Below are positions 16,671 through 25,387 of a stretch of 64,000 bases of DNA, piece after piece. The position numbers and the translations under genes are program-made. The notes below the pieces were generated by a model, which made no database searches, had not been told where the DNA came from, and worked only from the letters and a program-made list of their open reading frames with translations. The stretch spans positions 199,895 through 263,894 of the forward strand of contig CBDFGE010000004.1 of NCBI GenBank assembly GCA_965247055.1, in the 5' to 3' direction. Positions within the stretch are counted from its first letter, which is position 1. Each line of letters opens with the position of its first letter. This stretch comes from Dehalococcoidia bacterium (GTDB lineage: Bacteria; Chloroflexota; Dehalococcoidia; Lucifugimonadales; JAGWBF01).

Positions 16671-18203
16671 GTGAAGATCGATAAGGTCAGCTTTATCAGC
16701 GCCGAATTGCCGTACTGGAACCTCGTTACTCACGCCGTGTTCCCCGAGTACGGGATGCCCTTGGTGGCCACCATCGTGAGGGATCGGGGATATGACGTGC
16801 GGGCGTTCGTTGAGCATATCGGACCGATCAAGTGGGACCGCGTGATGGAATCGGACGTGGTCTGCTTTCACGCCTTCAGCTCCACGATGCCCAAGACCAT
16901 AGAATATATCAACAAGATCAAGGCCGTGCGTCCGGACATGCCCATCATCATCGGGGGGACCCACGCATCGGTCATGGTGGACGACACCCTCGAGTACTGC
17001 GATGCGGTGGTACGGCAGGAAGGGGACGAGACCCTGCCCGAGTTGTTGGACAAGTGGAAGAACGCCGAAGGCCTGGGTGACGTCCTGGGCGTCTCCTACT
17101 GGGACAAGGGAATCAGGAAGCACAACCTCACCCGACCCTTCGTCCGGGAGTTTGAGACCATCCCCGACCTGGAGTTAATCGATGGCTACATGAACTGGCC
17201 CAAGTGGAAGCTCCTCCTGAAGCTGAAGCTGCGGTGGCAGGTTCTCCAGACCAGCCGGGGCTGCCCTTACGACTGCTCCTTCTGCATAGCTCCCCGGGAG
17301 CTGGGCCGGGGCTACCGGCTGCGGAGCGTGGAGAACGTAATCGCCGATATCAAGTACCAGCAGAAGCTTGTGGGCACCAAGTACTTCTTCATGGTTGACA
17401 ACCACTTCACCGTTAACCGGGAGCGCACCAAACAGCTACTGAACAGGATCATCGAAGAGAAGATCAAGTGGTACGGCATCTGTTTCACCAGACTGGAGGT
17501 GGCCCGCGACGAGGAGCTGCTCGCGCTGTTAAAGAAGGCCCAGGTAAACACGCTGTACATGGGTCTGGAGTCCTTCGACAACAAGGTCCTGAAGCTCTTG
17601 AATAAGAAGCAGACGTCCGACGGCCTGAAGAAAGCCCTCAAGACCATCAAGAAGCACAAGCTCCGGGTGCTGGGCTCCTTCGTGCTGGGGTCCGACGACG
17701 ATACCGTCGAAAGCATCAGGGCGACCATCAACGCTGCCATCGAAGAGGATATCGACTACGTGGCGCTGTTCCCACTAAGCGGATACCCCGAGCACAACGC
17801 GCCCACGATCCCGCTGAACCGGTTCTTCACCCCCACGTGGGACCGACTGGACGGCACCTTCGTGATCTTCCTGCCAAAGAACATGAAGCCCAGCACGTTG
17901 CAGAGGGAGGTCAACGCAGCCTACAGTAAGTTCTACGGCCCCAGACAGATCATTCGGCGCTTCCTCAAGGGCGATTTCTTGGCCGCCCTTAAGAGGACCG
18001 CCTACAACTACTGGGCATGGGAGATAAGGAAGAGTACCTCCAAGTGGATCAAGTACCTGGAGACCGTTGAGGGGCCCTACTACGATGAGAACGAGCGACT
18101 CATTGAGGAGAAGCTGGGCGAAGAGGGCGTTCACCCAGCCAAGTACCCGGGCAACTCAAGGGGAGCGGGCATCGAATGGGCCACTGTTGGCGGTGGGGAT
18201 TGA
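16671..18203 (+). CDS. B12-binding domain radical SAM protein
   Basis: 510 aa. The N-terminal Rossmann-like cobalamin-binding region contains PIIIGGTHAS. The CxxxCxxC cluster is in VLQTSRGCPYDCSFCIAP. GTG start after AGGAGCGGAGG. The gene is lysine-rich and looks visibly less GC-rich than its neighbours. Confidence 0.85.
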   Translation: MKIDKVSFISAELPYWNLVTHAVFPEYGMPLVATIVRDRGYDVRAFVEHIGPIKWDRVMESDVVCFHAFSSTMPKTIEYINKIKAVRPDMPIIIGGTHASVMVDDTLEYCDAVVRQEGDETLPELLDKWKNAEGLGDVLGVSYWDKGIRKHNLTRPFVREFETIPDLELIDGYMNWPKWKLLLKLKLRWQVLQTSRGCPYDCSFCIAPRELGRGYRLRSVENVIADIKYQQKLVGTKYFFMVDNHFTVNRERTKQLLNRIIEEKIKWYGICFTRLEVARDEELLALLKKAQVNTLYMGLESFDNKVLKLLNKKQTSDGLKKALKTIKKHKLRVLGSFVLGSDDDTVESIRATINAAIEEDIDYVALFPLSGYPEHNAPTIPLNRFFTPTWDRLDGTFVIFLPKNMKPSTLQREVNAAYSKFYGPRQIIRRFLKGDFLAALKRTAYNYWAWEIRKSTSKWIKYLETVEGPYYDENERLIEEKLGEEGVHPAKYPGNSRGAGIEWATVGGGD

Positions 18204-18437
18204 CCTCCATCTGATACGGGGGTTGATAGAGGAGGCAGCGCCGTGGCCAGTTGGGATATCGGAAGATACAAGGACGCCAGAAAGCTCACGGAACGGCAGC
18301 GGGCCGTCCGGATCTTCGTGGCCCACCTGGTGGCCTACGTCCTGGGAAACGTGGCCATCGGCCTCTGGAACGCCGGCACCTACTACCTGAGAGACAACGA
18401 AGAGGTCTGGTTCTATCTCCTCAAGTGGACCCCATGA

Positions 18438-19373
18438 TCAGGACAGCGGTGAGGCTAAAATAAGAGAGTCTACCGCTGGGGTGTCTTGTAAACCTTCATC
18501 CGATGGTAAGGCTCGTGGATGTTCCAGTAAACACCTTTGTGGGCTCACTGCATGGAACACCTGACCCGGTGACCGATAGCCCAGGGCTTGATGGGGCCGC
18601 TCTTGGTTGTAGAAGGCCAGATAAGCCCCAATCCCCTTTCTGGCCTCAGTCCCATTTTGGTATGCCTTCAGGTACACCTCCTCGTACTTGATGCTGCGCC
18701 ACAGCCGTTCCACGAAGACGTTGTCCATGCACCGGCCCCTGCCGTCCATGCTCACTTGAACGCCTTGCGCCAGCAGCATGCTGGTGAAGGCCTCGCTGGT
18801 GAACTGGCTGCCCTGGTCGGTGTTGAAGATCTGTGGCCGACCCTTGCTCAAGGCCTCTTCCAGAGCCGCAACACAGAAGTCTACCTCCAGGGTGTTGGAC
18901 AGCCGCCAGGCCAACACGTAGCGGCTGTGCCAGTCCATGATGGCCACCAAGTAGAGGAAACCCCGAGCCATGGGTATGTAGGTGATGTCGGTGGCCCACA
19001 CCTGGTTGACCCGGTTGATCTCCAGCCCCCTGAGCAAGTACGGATAGACCTTATGCCCTGGGTTTGGCTTGCTGGTGTTGGGACGCCGGTAGATGGCCTC
19101 CAGGCCTATCAGCTGCATCAGCCGGCGGACCCGCTTGCGGTTGACCTGGTGTCCGTGATTGCTGAGCCAGGCAGTCATCCTTCTGGAGCCGTAGAAAGGT
19201 GTCTTCAGGTACTGTTGGTCTATGAGGGCCATCAACTCCAAGTCCTCGGCGCCGGCCTCGGTTGGCAGGTAGTACAACGAGGAGCGGCTGATACCCAGCA
19301 AGGCGCACTGGCGCACCAGAGACAGCTTCGGTTCTTCTCGGTCAATCATGGCCCGGCGTTGGGACCGGCTCAC
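18438..19373 (-). CDS. IS3-family transposase OrfB (DDE/rve integrase core), in the -1 frame relative to OrfA
   Basis: 311 aa. Motifs seen: [39 protein letters not shown]. Confidence 0.9.
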   Translation of the reverse strand: MSRSQRRAMIDREEPKLSLVRQCALLGISRSSLYYLPTEAGAEDLELMALIDQQYLKTPFYGSRRMTAWLSNHGHQVNRKRVRRLMQLIGLEAIYRRPNTSKPNPGHKVYPYLLRGLEINRVNQVWATDITYIPMARGFLYLVAIMDWHSRYVLAWRLSNTLEVDFCVAALEEALSKGRPQIFNTDQGSQFTSEAFTSMLLAQGVQVSMDGRGRCMDNVFVERLWRSIKYEEVYLKAYQNGTEARKGIGAYLAFYNQERPHQALGYRSPGQVFHAVSPQRCLLEHPRALPSDEGLQDTPAVDSLILASPLS

Positions 19374-19654
19374 AACCCGAAGCTCCGTGACAAAAAATCC
19401 CGTTCCACCTTGAGCTGCCCAATCTGTTGGTAGAACTGGGCAGTGAGGACCTCTTGGTCCTTCTCCTGGCGTCCACCACCATTTTCAAAGAGGTGCGGCG
19501 CCCCCTGAGTCAAGGCCTTCTTCCAGGCATGGATCTGGCTCGGGTGGACTTCAAACCGGCTGGCCAGCTCTGCAATGGTGTGCTCCCCCTGGAGCGCGGC
19601 CAAAGCCACTTTGGCCTTGAAGACTGGGCTGTGCTTCTTACGTGTTTGCTTCAT
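19370..19654 (-). CDS. IS3-family transposase OrfA (HTH)
   Basis: 94 aa. It begins [46 protein letters not shown] and has a leucine-zipper-like tail. Confidence 0.9.
   Translation of the reverse strand: MKQTRKKHSPVFKAKVALAALQGEHTIAELASRFEVHPSQIHAWKKALTQGAPHLFENGGGRQEKDQEVLTAQFYQQIGQLKVERDFLSRSFGL
19391..19397 (-). promoter_or_regulatory. Candidate -1 programmed frameshift heptamer U UUU UUG in IS3 orfA
   Basis: The minus strand reads GAT TTT TTG TCA near the end of orfA. The -1 frame reads through into [14 protein letters not shown] of orfB. Confidence 0.55.
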
Positions 19655-19860
19655 GTCCTGCTCCTTGTTTCCGTCCTATTTTAGGAGCGGGACTCTCTCT
19701 TAGCCACCTGTCCGAATTTTGGGGTCCACCTCACTCCCGCTGATATTCTGGGGCGTCGGGGTTTTGGTCCACTACCTTGTGTCGGTAGCGCTTTTCGACA
19801 ACTGGTGGGACAGCGACGAGAGGCGGATATCCGAACGCATGAGGAGATAGGGCCCCGTGG

Positions 19861-20652
19861 CTACTCTCCCTCCACCCTCGCCCTAAGGTCGCTGGCAAGC
19901 TGACGCAGCTCCTCGGCTACCTCTGCGGCAGTCACCGTCCCGTGGCGTTGGAGCAACGTCTTCACCTCCGGCTTGGTCGCCACCTTTTTTCGGAAGACGT
20001 CCTTCAGGGACACTGGAAGAGAGTCCAGCACCTCTCCCGCCCCGGAGCGGGCCCTGGCTTGAGGTGCCTCGGCTTCGGCCGGCGGCCCCGGGCGTGGTCT
20101 TACCGCAGCCGGCTCCCCCGTCCCGTCTGCCACTGGGGATGGCTGGACGGCGGGCCGCCTCACTGGCCTGACCTCGGGCGTATCGGCGGTGCTCTCTTCC
20201 CCCCCCCCCTCCTCCTGGGTAGCAGGCTCGATGCTGGCCCGCCGTATCGGTGGAGGCTGGCGCGTCTCTTCCTCCTCAGGGGAAGGTTCGATCCGTACCT
20301 GCCCGATGGGGCGTACCGCAGGCTCGGACGTGCCAGGCTCCTCTGGCGTGGGCTCCTCGGGAGGGCGTGAGCTCCTCGAGAAAACGTTATCCCTAAGGTC
20401 CAGAGGAAGCTGGTCCGTCTCCGTTTCCGCCTGTTGGGATGCCGGCGGGACTACCTCCTGCGGAGCGACTTCTGTAGCGGGGGCCGGAGTCTTCTGGGGT
20501 GCTTGGGCCTTGGCGGGCCCCTCGAGATGGAAGGTTTCCCTTACCGCTTCTAGCTCGGCATCCTCGGTAGCCCTTTCGAGGCGGGCTTGCTTCTTGGCAC
20601 GTCGCTTCTCGAGCCACTTCGTTAAGGGCCTGGTAAAGGTGGGTTCCCCCAT
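19861..20652 (-). CDS. Hypothetical E/P-rich, largely disordered protein, coupled to arlJ
   Basis: 263 aa. The start is 15 nt after the arlJ stop, with AGGAGG in between. It has a basic N-terminus (KWLEKRRAKKQARLE), a long P/E/A-rich middle, and a ~55-aa helical C-terminus (LPVSLKDVFRKKVATKPEVKTLLQRHGTVTAAEVAEELRQL). There is no TM segment. Confidence 0.55.
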   Translation of the reverse strand: MGEPTFTRPLTKWLEKRRAKKQARLERATEDAELEAVRETFHLEGPAKAQAPQKTPAPATEVAPQEVVPPASQQAETETDQLPLDLRDNVFSRSSRPPEEPTPEEPGTSEPAVRPIGQVRIEPSPEEEETRQPPPIRRASIEPATQEEGGGEESTADTPEVRPVRRPAVQPSPVADGTGEPAAVRPRPGPPAEAEAPQARARSGAGEVLDSLPVSLKDVFRKKVATKPEVKTLLQRHGTVTAAEVAEELRQLASDLRARVEGE

Positions 20653-20667
20653 AGTGTTACCTCCTGG

Positions 20668-22212
20668 CTATGAGATGGGAAAAAGCTTCCCGGTAAGGAT
20701 CGGGACCACTCCCAGGATTACTCCCGAGGTCACGCACATGATGCTGAAGAATGAGGCGAGCTTCAGGTGGTGCCCGCCGGCGGCGAATTTGGGAGCAAGG
20801 GTGTTGGCGAAGGTGAGTATGATCACCACCAGCACGATCATGTAGGAGGTAAGGGTTAGGTCCTGAGTTGCGAAGATGTCCAGCCCCCCGGCCAGGTCCC
20901 CGCCCTGGGGCAGCTGGATCCCCGGCGGCAGCTGAAGGTTCTCGGGCACCTCGAGTGTGCCCACTGCTTTCCCGCCCACCTCGGCGGAGGCCAGCGCCAG
21001 CCTTGAGTTGAAGCTGGTGATAATTTCTAGAATGAAGACCAGTATGAATACCATCGTGGCGTGCATGGGCACGGCAAGGAAGGAGAATGTGGAGGCGGTG
21101 AGCTTCCGCTTGGCGCGCAGCTGGGTTACACGGGAGGCGTAGTCCGAGCAGATCTGCCCGACCAGGTCTGGCCGGCCGCCCAACTCCGACCCGTCCACCA
21201 GCATGTGGGTGGTGCGGTTGGCCAGCTCACTCCCCGTCTCCTGCCTGAACTTCTCCCAGCAGCTGTGGGTGGGCAGATTGGCGTTGAGGCGGGTCCGCAG
21301 GTTAATGATGTGAGGTTCCAGGGAGCCCATGGACCTTACGTCGATCCTTCTCAGGCCCTCCGTGAGGGTCACCCCTGTGGACCCCGCGACGTTGCCGACA
21401 CTTCTCAGGAAGGTGGGGAACTCCGAGTCCAGCGTGGCCACATTGGCGTCGTCCTTCCAGGCCATGTAGCCCGAGGGGACCAGGGAGAGTCCCAGAAGCA
21501 GGAAAAAGACTGCGAAGCCGGCCTGGAGGCCGAACTGGAATCCCAGTGCGATGCCCAGCATCGCCCCGAAGGGCGCCAGCAGCAACAGGGTCCTGGCAAG
21601 ACGCCGCTCTCTGGTAACGCCCTCGGGCATGTCGTAGGTGATCTGCTCCACCGGGGACACCTTATATATGACGTACACTCCGGTGGAGGTGATGAAAAAC
21701 AGGGTAAAGGCCATGAGCACGATGAAGTTCTGACCGATGGAGCCCATCATGGCGGATACCAGGGACACCACCATGATCAGTGTCACCGAGACCAGGATAG
21801 CCGCGTAGGCGTCTGTCCACTTCCTGAGGTTCCTCCACGCTGCGGTCGTACTCGTTGCCGTACTGCTCAGCCTGGACCTTGGCCTCTCCCTCTCCGATTC
21901 CCCGGAAGAGATGGAGGCGGCGAAACGCAGCAGGAGGCTCTTGACGTTGGTGGCACGGGCCTTTTCCGATACCAACTGGAATGCCTGGGTGTACTCGAGG
22001 CCCATGCGCTTGGCCAGCAGGTAGATGTACTCGAAAAAGACGGCTGTCTTGAAACGCTGGCGGCCGGAGTGTTCCAGGACCTGATCCCTGGGCAGGCCCC
22101 CCATGGACAACACCGACATATAGGTGAGGTTGGAAAGGAGGTCGAAGCCTACTACGACGTTATCGGAAGAGACCTTCTCTATACGCTTGGGAGAGGACGT
22201 TATGGAGCTCAT
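20668..22212 (-). CDS. arlJ: Archaellum/type IV pilus platform protein, FlaJ/ArlJ-like (two T2SS-F-like halves)
   Basis: 514 aa. A cytoplasmic helical domain followed by TM helices occurs twice. It overlaps the arlI 3' end by 53 nt. Residues ~107-127 (ERERPRSRLSSTATSTTAAWR) look out of frame (see findings). Confidence 0.7.
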   Translation of the reverse strand: MSSITSSPKRIEKVSSDNVVVGFDLLSNLTYMSVLSMGGLPRDQVLEHSGRQRFKTAVFFEYIYLLAKRMGLEYTQAFQLVSEKARATNVKSLLLRFAASISSGESERERPRSRLSSTATSTTAAWRNLRKWTDAYAAILVSVTLIMVVSLVSAMMGSIGQNFIVLMAFTLFFITSTGVYVIYKVSPVEQITYDMPEGVTRERRLARTLLLLAPFGAMLGIALGFQFGLQAGFAVFFLLLGLSLVPSGYMAWKDDANVATLDSEFPTFLRSVGNVAGSTGVTLTEGLRRIDVRSMGSLEPHIINLRTRLNANLPTHSCWEKFRQETGSELANRTTHMLVDGSELGGRPDLVGQICSDYASRVTQLRAKRKLTASTFSFLAVPMHATMVFILVFILEIITSFNSRLALASAEVGGKAVGTLEVPENLQLPPGIQLPQGGDLAGGLDIFATQDLTLTSYMIVLVVIILTFANTLAPKFAAGGHHLKLASFFSIMCVTSGVILGVVPILTGKLFPIS

Positions 22213-24001
22213 AGAAGTTGGTCAGGTCCCTTTCGTGGAGCTTCTTCAGGATGTCGGTCCGTTCGTCGATGACTTCGTAAATCTTCCGGCTCTCGTGGGG
22301 CGGTGTGCCCCGCTTCAAGGATACCACGTGTTCCAGCAGGCTGGTGTTCATGTAGGCGGGAAACTCGAAGGTATCGGTGGCGGCATCCCACCGGAACACC
22401 TCTATGAACCCGAAGGAGTTGGATTCGGGGTCGTATTCGACGATCTTGTTTATGCTGAGCACTCGCCTGGCAGGGCGGCCGTCGGGCAGCCGGACCGCGC
22501 TCATGATGATGACCATGTTCAGGTTGTCTATGTAGGTCTTGGGGATGTTGATAGGGTTGCCCGTTAGCCGCTGAATGAGCTTTTCCACGGAGGCGGCGTG
22601 GCCGGTCTGCATGGCCTGGAAGGCGACGGCGCCTTCTTCGCCCCGAATCTCGCCGATTATGATCTCGTTGGGCCGCTGTCGAAGGGCCGCCCTGAGGAGG
22701 TCAAACATGGTAACCGAGGCGCCGCCGCTGGCGCTCCCCCGGACCACTTCCCTGGTCCAGTTGGGGTGAGGGACCTGGAGCTCGGGCGTATCCTCGATGC
22801 TGACTATCTTGGCGTTGGGGTTGATGAAGGTGGTGATGGCGTTGAGCAGCGTCGTCTTGCCCGAGGCGGTCTCTCCGGAAACAAAGGTGTTCATCCCCTC
22901 GCCCAGCATAAGGGAGATGTAGGCAGCCATCTGGTAGGTGAGGGTGCCCCCGTCGATCAGGTCCAGGATGCTCATGGGTATCGCGCTGAACTTCCGTATG
23001 GTGAAGTTGCTCCCCCTCTTGGACACGTCGCCCCCGTAGACTATGTTCACCCGGGAGCCGTCTGGGAGGACGGCGTCGACTATGGGGTCTCGCACCGTCA
23101 CCGGCCGGCTTATCTTCTCCGAGAGGGAGATGACAAACTTGTCCAGTTCTTCGGTAGTCTCGAAGGTGACGCCGGCCTTCAGGCCTCCGAAGATCTTGTG
23201 CTCCACGAAAAGCGACCCCACCCCGCTGCAGCTGATGTCCTCTATATAAGGGTCGGAGATGAGGGGTTCTAGATACCCCAGGCCCTGCTTGTCTCGCACC
23301 ATCAGGTATTTAAGTCCCTGGAGCTCTTTACCCGTTACCTGGACGGTGCTTCCCTGCCGGCGTCCTGTCTTGGTCGTACAGATCTGGTCCAGGCATTGCA
23401 GCAATACCAGGGTGCGTCCCTCAGCATCAGTTGCTTTCTTCAGCTCGTCAACGTAGTTTATTAGGTGTTTGTCAACCTCCACCATCAGCTTGGGGAGGGC
23501 GGCGTTCATGGACGGCTCCACGGGTATGTAAAAGTCCCGGCTGTCGGTCACGTCGGGGCGCAGGTGAACGAACACGCCCTTACCCACGGGGTAGATGAGG
23601 TTCCGGTACTTGATGTCCCGCATGCCGCGGCTGAGCCGGGGCTGGTAATCGGGCACGCCGATATCGTCGATGGGCAGGCCCCGTAGGTACTCCCACAGGT
23701 GGTCCTGGGCCCGGGACTGCTCCTTGAGCGCCTCGGGTAGCTCCTTGAACAAGGGAGAGTTGAAGTCCGTCTTTCCGTTGCCGGAGGACCGGACTGGGGT
23801 GGGTTGTCCATCTTCCGACTTGCGGGGCGCTACCTTGAATCTGAAGGACGCTATCTTGGACATGGTGGTGCTGGAGGATTTGTCTCCGTTGCTACCGCCG
23901 TCCGCCCTAGGCTCGCGACCGTTCTCGTCGTCGGCGCCGTCCTCGTCCCGCGCCCGCGCCTTTTTGAACTGGGACACAAACCGCCGTGCACCTAACTTCA
24001 T
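22160..24001 (-). CDS. arlI: FlaI/ArlI-type secretion ATPase (T2SS-E / VirB11 superfamily)
   Basis: 613 aa. Walker A is SGETASGKTTLLNAI and Walker B is IIIGEIRGEE; the His box is AMQTGHA. There is a ~110-aa charged N-terminal extension. Confidence 0.8.
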   Translation of the reverse strand: MKLGARRFVSQFKKARARDEDGADDENGREPRADGGSNGDKSSSTTMSKIASFRFKVAPRKSEDGQPTPVRSSGNGKTDFNSPLFKELPEALKEQSRAQDHLWEYLRGLPIDDIGVPDYQPRLSRGMRDIKYRNLIYPVGKGVFVHLRPDVTDSRDFYIPVEPSMNAALPKLMVEVDKHLINYVDELKKATDAEGRTLVLLQCLDQICTTKTGRRQGSTVQVTGKELQGLKYLMVRDKQGLGYLEPLISDPYIEDISCSGVGSLFVEHKIFGGLKAGVTFETTEELDKFVISLSEKISRPVTVRDPIVDAVLPDGSRVNIVYGGDVSKRGSNFTIRKFSAIPMSILDLIDGGTLTYQMAAYISLMLGEGMNTFVSGETASGKTTLLNAITTFINPNAKIVSIEDTPELQVPHPNWTREVVRGSASGGASVTMFDLLRAALRQRPNEIIIGEIRGEEGAVAFQAMQTGHAASVEKLIQRLTGNPINIPKTYIDNLNMVIIMSAVRLPDGRPARRVLSINKIVEYDPESNSFGFIEVFRWDAATDTFEFPAYMNTSLLEHVVSLKRGTPPHESRKIYEVIDERTDILKKLHERDLTNFYELHNVLSQAYREGLFR

Positions 24002-24027
24002 GTTCTACCCCTTAGCGCCAGGGACCG

Positions 24028-24055
24028 CCGCGACGGGAGGGCGCGCCCGTCGCGG
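24028..24055 (-). promoter_or_regulatory. Perfect 10-bp stem hairpin 27-54 nt upstream of arlI
   Basis: CCGCGACGGG (24028-24037) pairs with CCCGTCGCGG (24046-24055) around an 8-nt loop. It lies in the 74-nt remnant of the arlH-arlI spacer. Confidence 0.3.
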
Positions 24056-24075
24056 TCCAGCTCGGAGATGGGCAT

Positions 24076-25387
24076 CCCTAGCAGGATGCTGAAAAACCTG
24101 TACCTGACGGGGTCGTTGTGTAGGTGGTATAGTCCGGGGTAGATAAACTTGGGGAGGGAGCGGGATGCGAGGAGATGTGGAAAGGCAGACCATGATTCTA
24201 AGTGCGGGGACTCCGGACCAGCTGATACCCGAAGACCACCCCATCCGGCTAATCAAACCCATGGTCGACCGGGCCTTGGCTGAGCTGTCTCCCACCTTCA
24301 GCCGCATGTACGCCAAGGTGGGACGCCCCTCCATTCCTCCCGAACACCTGCTAAAAGGATGCCTGCTGATGGGTCTCTACACCATCAGGAGCGAGCGCCA
24401 GTTCTGCGAGCGACTGCAATATGACCTGCTGTTCAAATGGTTTCTGGACCTGAACATCATGGACCCAGCCTTCGACTCCTCCACCTTTTCCAAGAACAAG
24501 ACTCGGCTATTGGACCATGAGGTGTCTGGACAATTCTTCCAAGAGGTGTTGGCCGAAGCTCAGCGCCGGAATCTGCTGTCCGATGAGCACTTCACCGTGG
24601 ATGGGACCTTGCTGGAATCTTGGGCGTCATTGAAGAGCTTCCGACCCAAAGATGGTAGAGGGCCCAGGGGAGGAGGACGCGACCCCGAGGTGGACTTTCG
24701 CGGGGAAGAAAGGAAGAACGACAGCCATGCCTCCACCACGGACCCAGAGGCTCGACTGGCGCGTAAGGGCCCTGGGAAGGAGGCCAAGCTGTGCTTTGCC
24801 GGACACGTGCTAATGGAGAACCGTAATGGCTTGGCGGTGGGGGTGTTGGTCACTGAGGCCAACGGACGGGCGGAGCGGCAGGCCGCAGTGGAACTGCTTT
24901 CCCGTTTACGAGGAGTAGGCCGGATAACGTTGGGTGGAGACAAGAACTACGACGCCAGAGCCTTCGTTGCTAGATGTGGGGAGATGAAAGTCACGCCCCA
25001 CGTGGCCCAAAATACCAAAGGCCGGTCCAGCGCCATCGATGGCAGGACAACCCGTCACCCGGGGTATGCCATCAGCCAGCGGGTGAGGAAGCGGGTGGAG
25101 GAGATCTTCGGCTGGACCAAGACGGTGGGCGGCGGGCGCAAGTTGCGTTACATCGGGGTAGCCCGCAACCAGATGTGGGCGGACCTGACGGTGGCTGCCT
25201 ACAACCTGGTCCGGATGGCCAAATTGGCTTTAAACCCGGGCTGAAGGTGGGACAAAGGCCTGATCCGGGGGTGGAGTGGCCTCCCCCGGTGGCTGAGACC
25301 TCTCCTCTATAGGGTGCATCCCTCCAAAACAACGGGAGTTAACGGTCTTTAGCCCACCTGCCGGCCTTATTTCAGCACCCTGCTAGG
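24076..25387 (+). mobile_element. IS5-family insertion sequence, copy A (1312 bp)
   Basis: By my reading it is identical to 44694-46005, and all ORF-track translations are identical. The terminal inverted repeats are CCTAGCAGG(A/G)TGCTGAAA. Both termini contain CTAG. Confidence 0.85.
24165..25244 (+). CDS. IS5-family DDE transposase
   Basis: 359 aa. The N-terminal transposase domain contains LIPEDHPIRLIKPMVD...SIPPEHLLKGCLLMGLYTIRSERQFCERLQYDLLFKWFL. The DDE region contains TVDGTLLESWAS and GDKNYD. Confidence 0.9.
   Translation: MRGDVERQTMILSAGTPDQLIPEDHPIRLIKPMVDRALAELSPTFSRMYAKVGRPSIPPEHLLKGCLLMGLYTIRSERQFCERLQYDLLFKWFLDLNIMDPAFDSSTFSKNKTRLLDHEVSGQFFQEVLAEAQRRNLLSDEHFTVDGTLLESWASLKSFRPKDGRGPRGGGRDPEVDFRGEERKNDSHASTTDPEARLARKGPGKEAKLCFAGHVLMENRNGLAVGVLVTEANGRAERQAAVELLSRLRGVGRITLGGDKNYDARAFVARCGEMKVTPHVAQNTKGRSSAIDGRTTRHPGYAISQRVRKRVEEIFGWTKTVGGGRKLRYIGVARNQMWADLTVAAYNLVRMAKLALNPG

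Larger units (their letters stand above)
18421..19733 (-). mobile_element. IS3-family insertion sequence (1313 bp) with 4-bp target duplication CTCC
   Basis: The termini are TCAAGTGGACCCCATGATCAGGACAG... and, for the reverse complement of the right end, TGAGGTGGACCCCAAAATTCGGACAG... CTCC lies at 18417-18420 and again at 19734-19737. It has the orfA/orfB organisation. Boundaries are +/- 3 nt. Confidence 0.85.
18243..19850 (+). pseudogene. 2TM-domain small membrane protein gene, split by the IS3-family insertion
   Basis: The 5' part (18243-18420) reads ...NEEVWFYL. The 3' part (19738-19850) reads PLIFWGVGVLVHYLVSVALFDNWWDSDERRISERMRR*. Removing 18421-19737 restores one 96-codon frame containing the WFxxPxxxWGxGxxxH motif. 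Confidence 0.75.

Noticed and set aside
24002-24075. 25-codon minus-strand mini-ORF (MPISELDRDGRALPSRRSLALRGRT) starting 2 nt from the IS5 end.
   Set aside because: It has no SD and overlaps the strong hairpin. It is most likely just the residual arlH-arlI spacer.
24005-24334. Track ORFs 24005-24334 and 44617-44952 crossing the left IS5 boundaries.
   Set aside because: They are antisense to the transposase 5' region. They are identical inside the IS and diverge exactly at its boundary, so they are not conserved genes.
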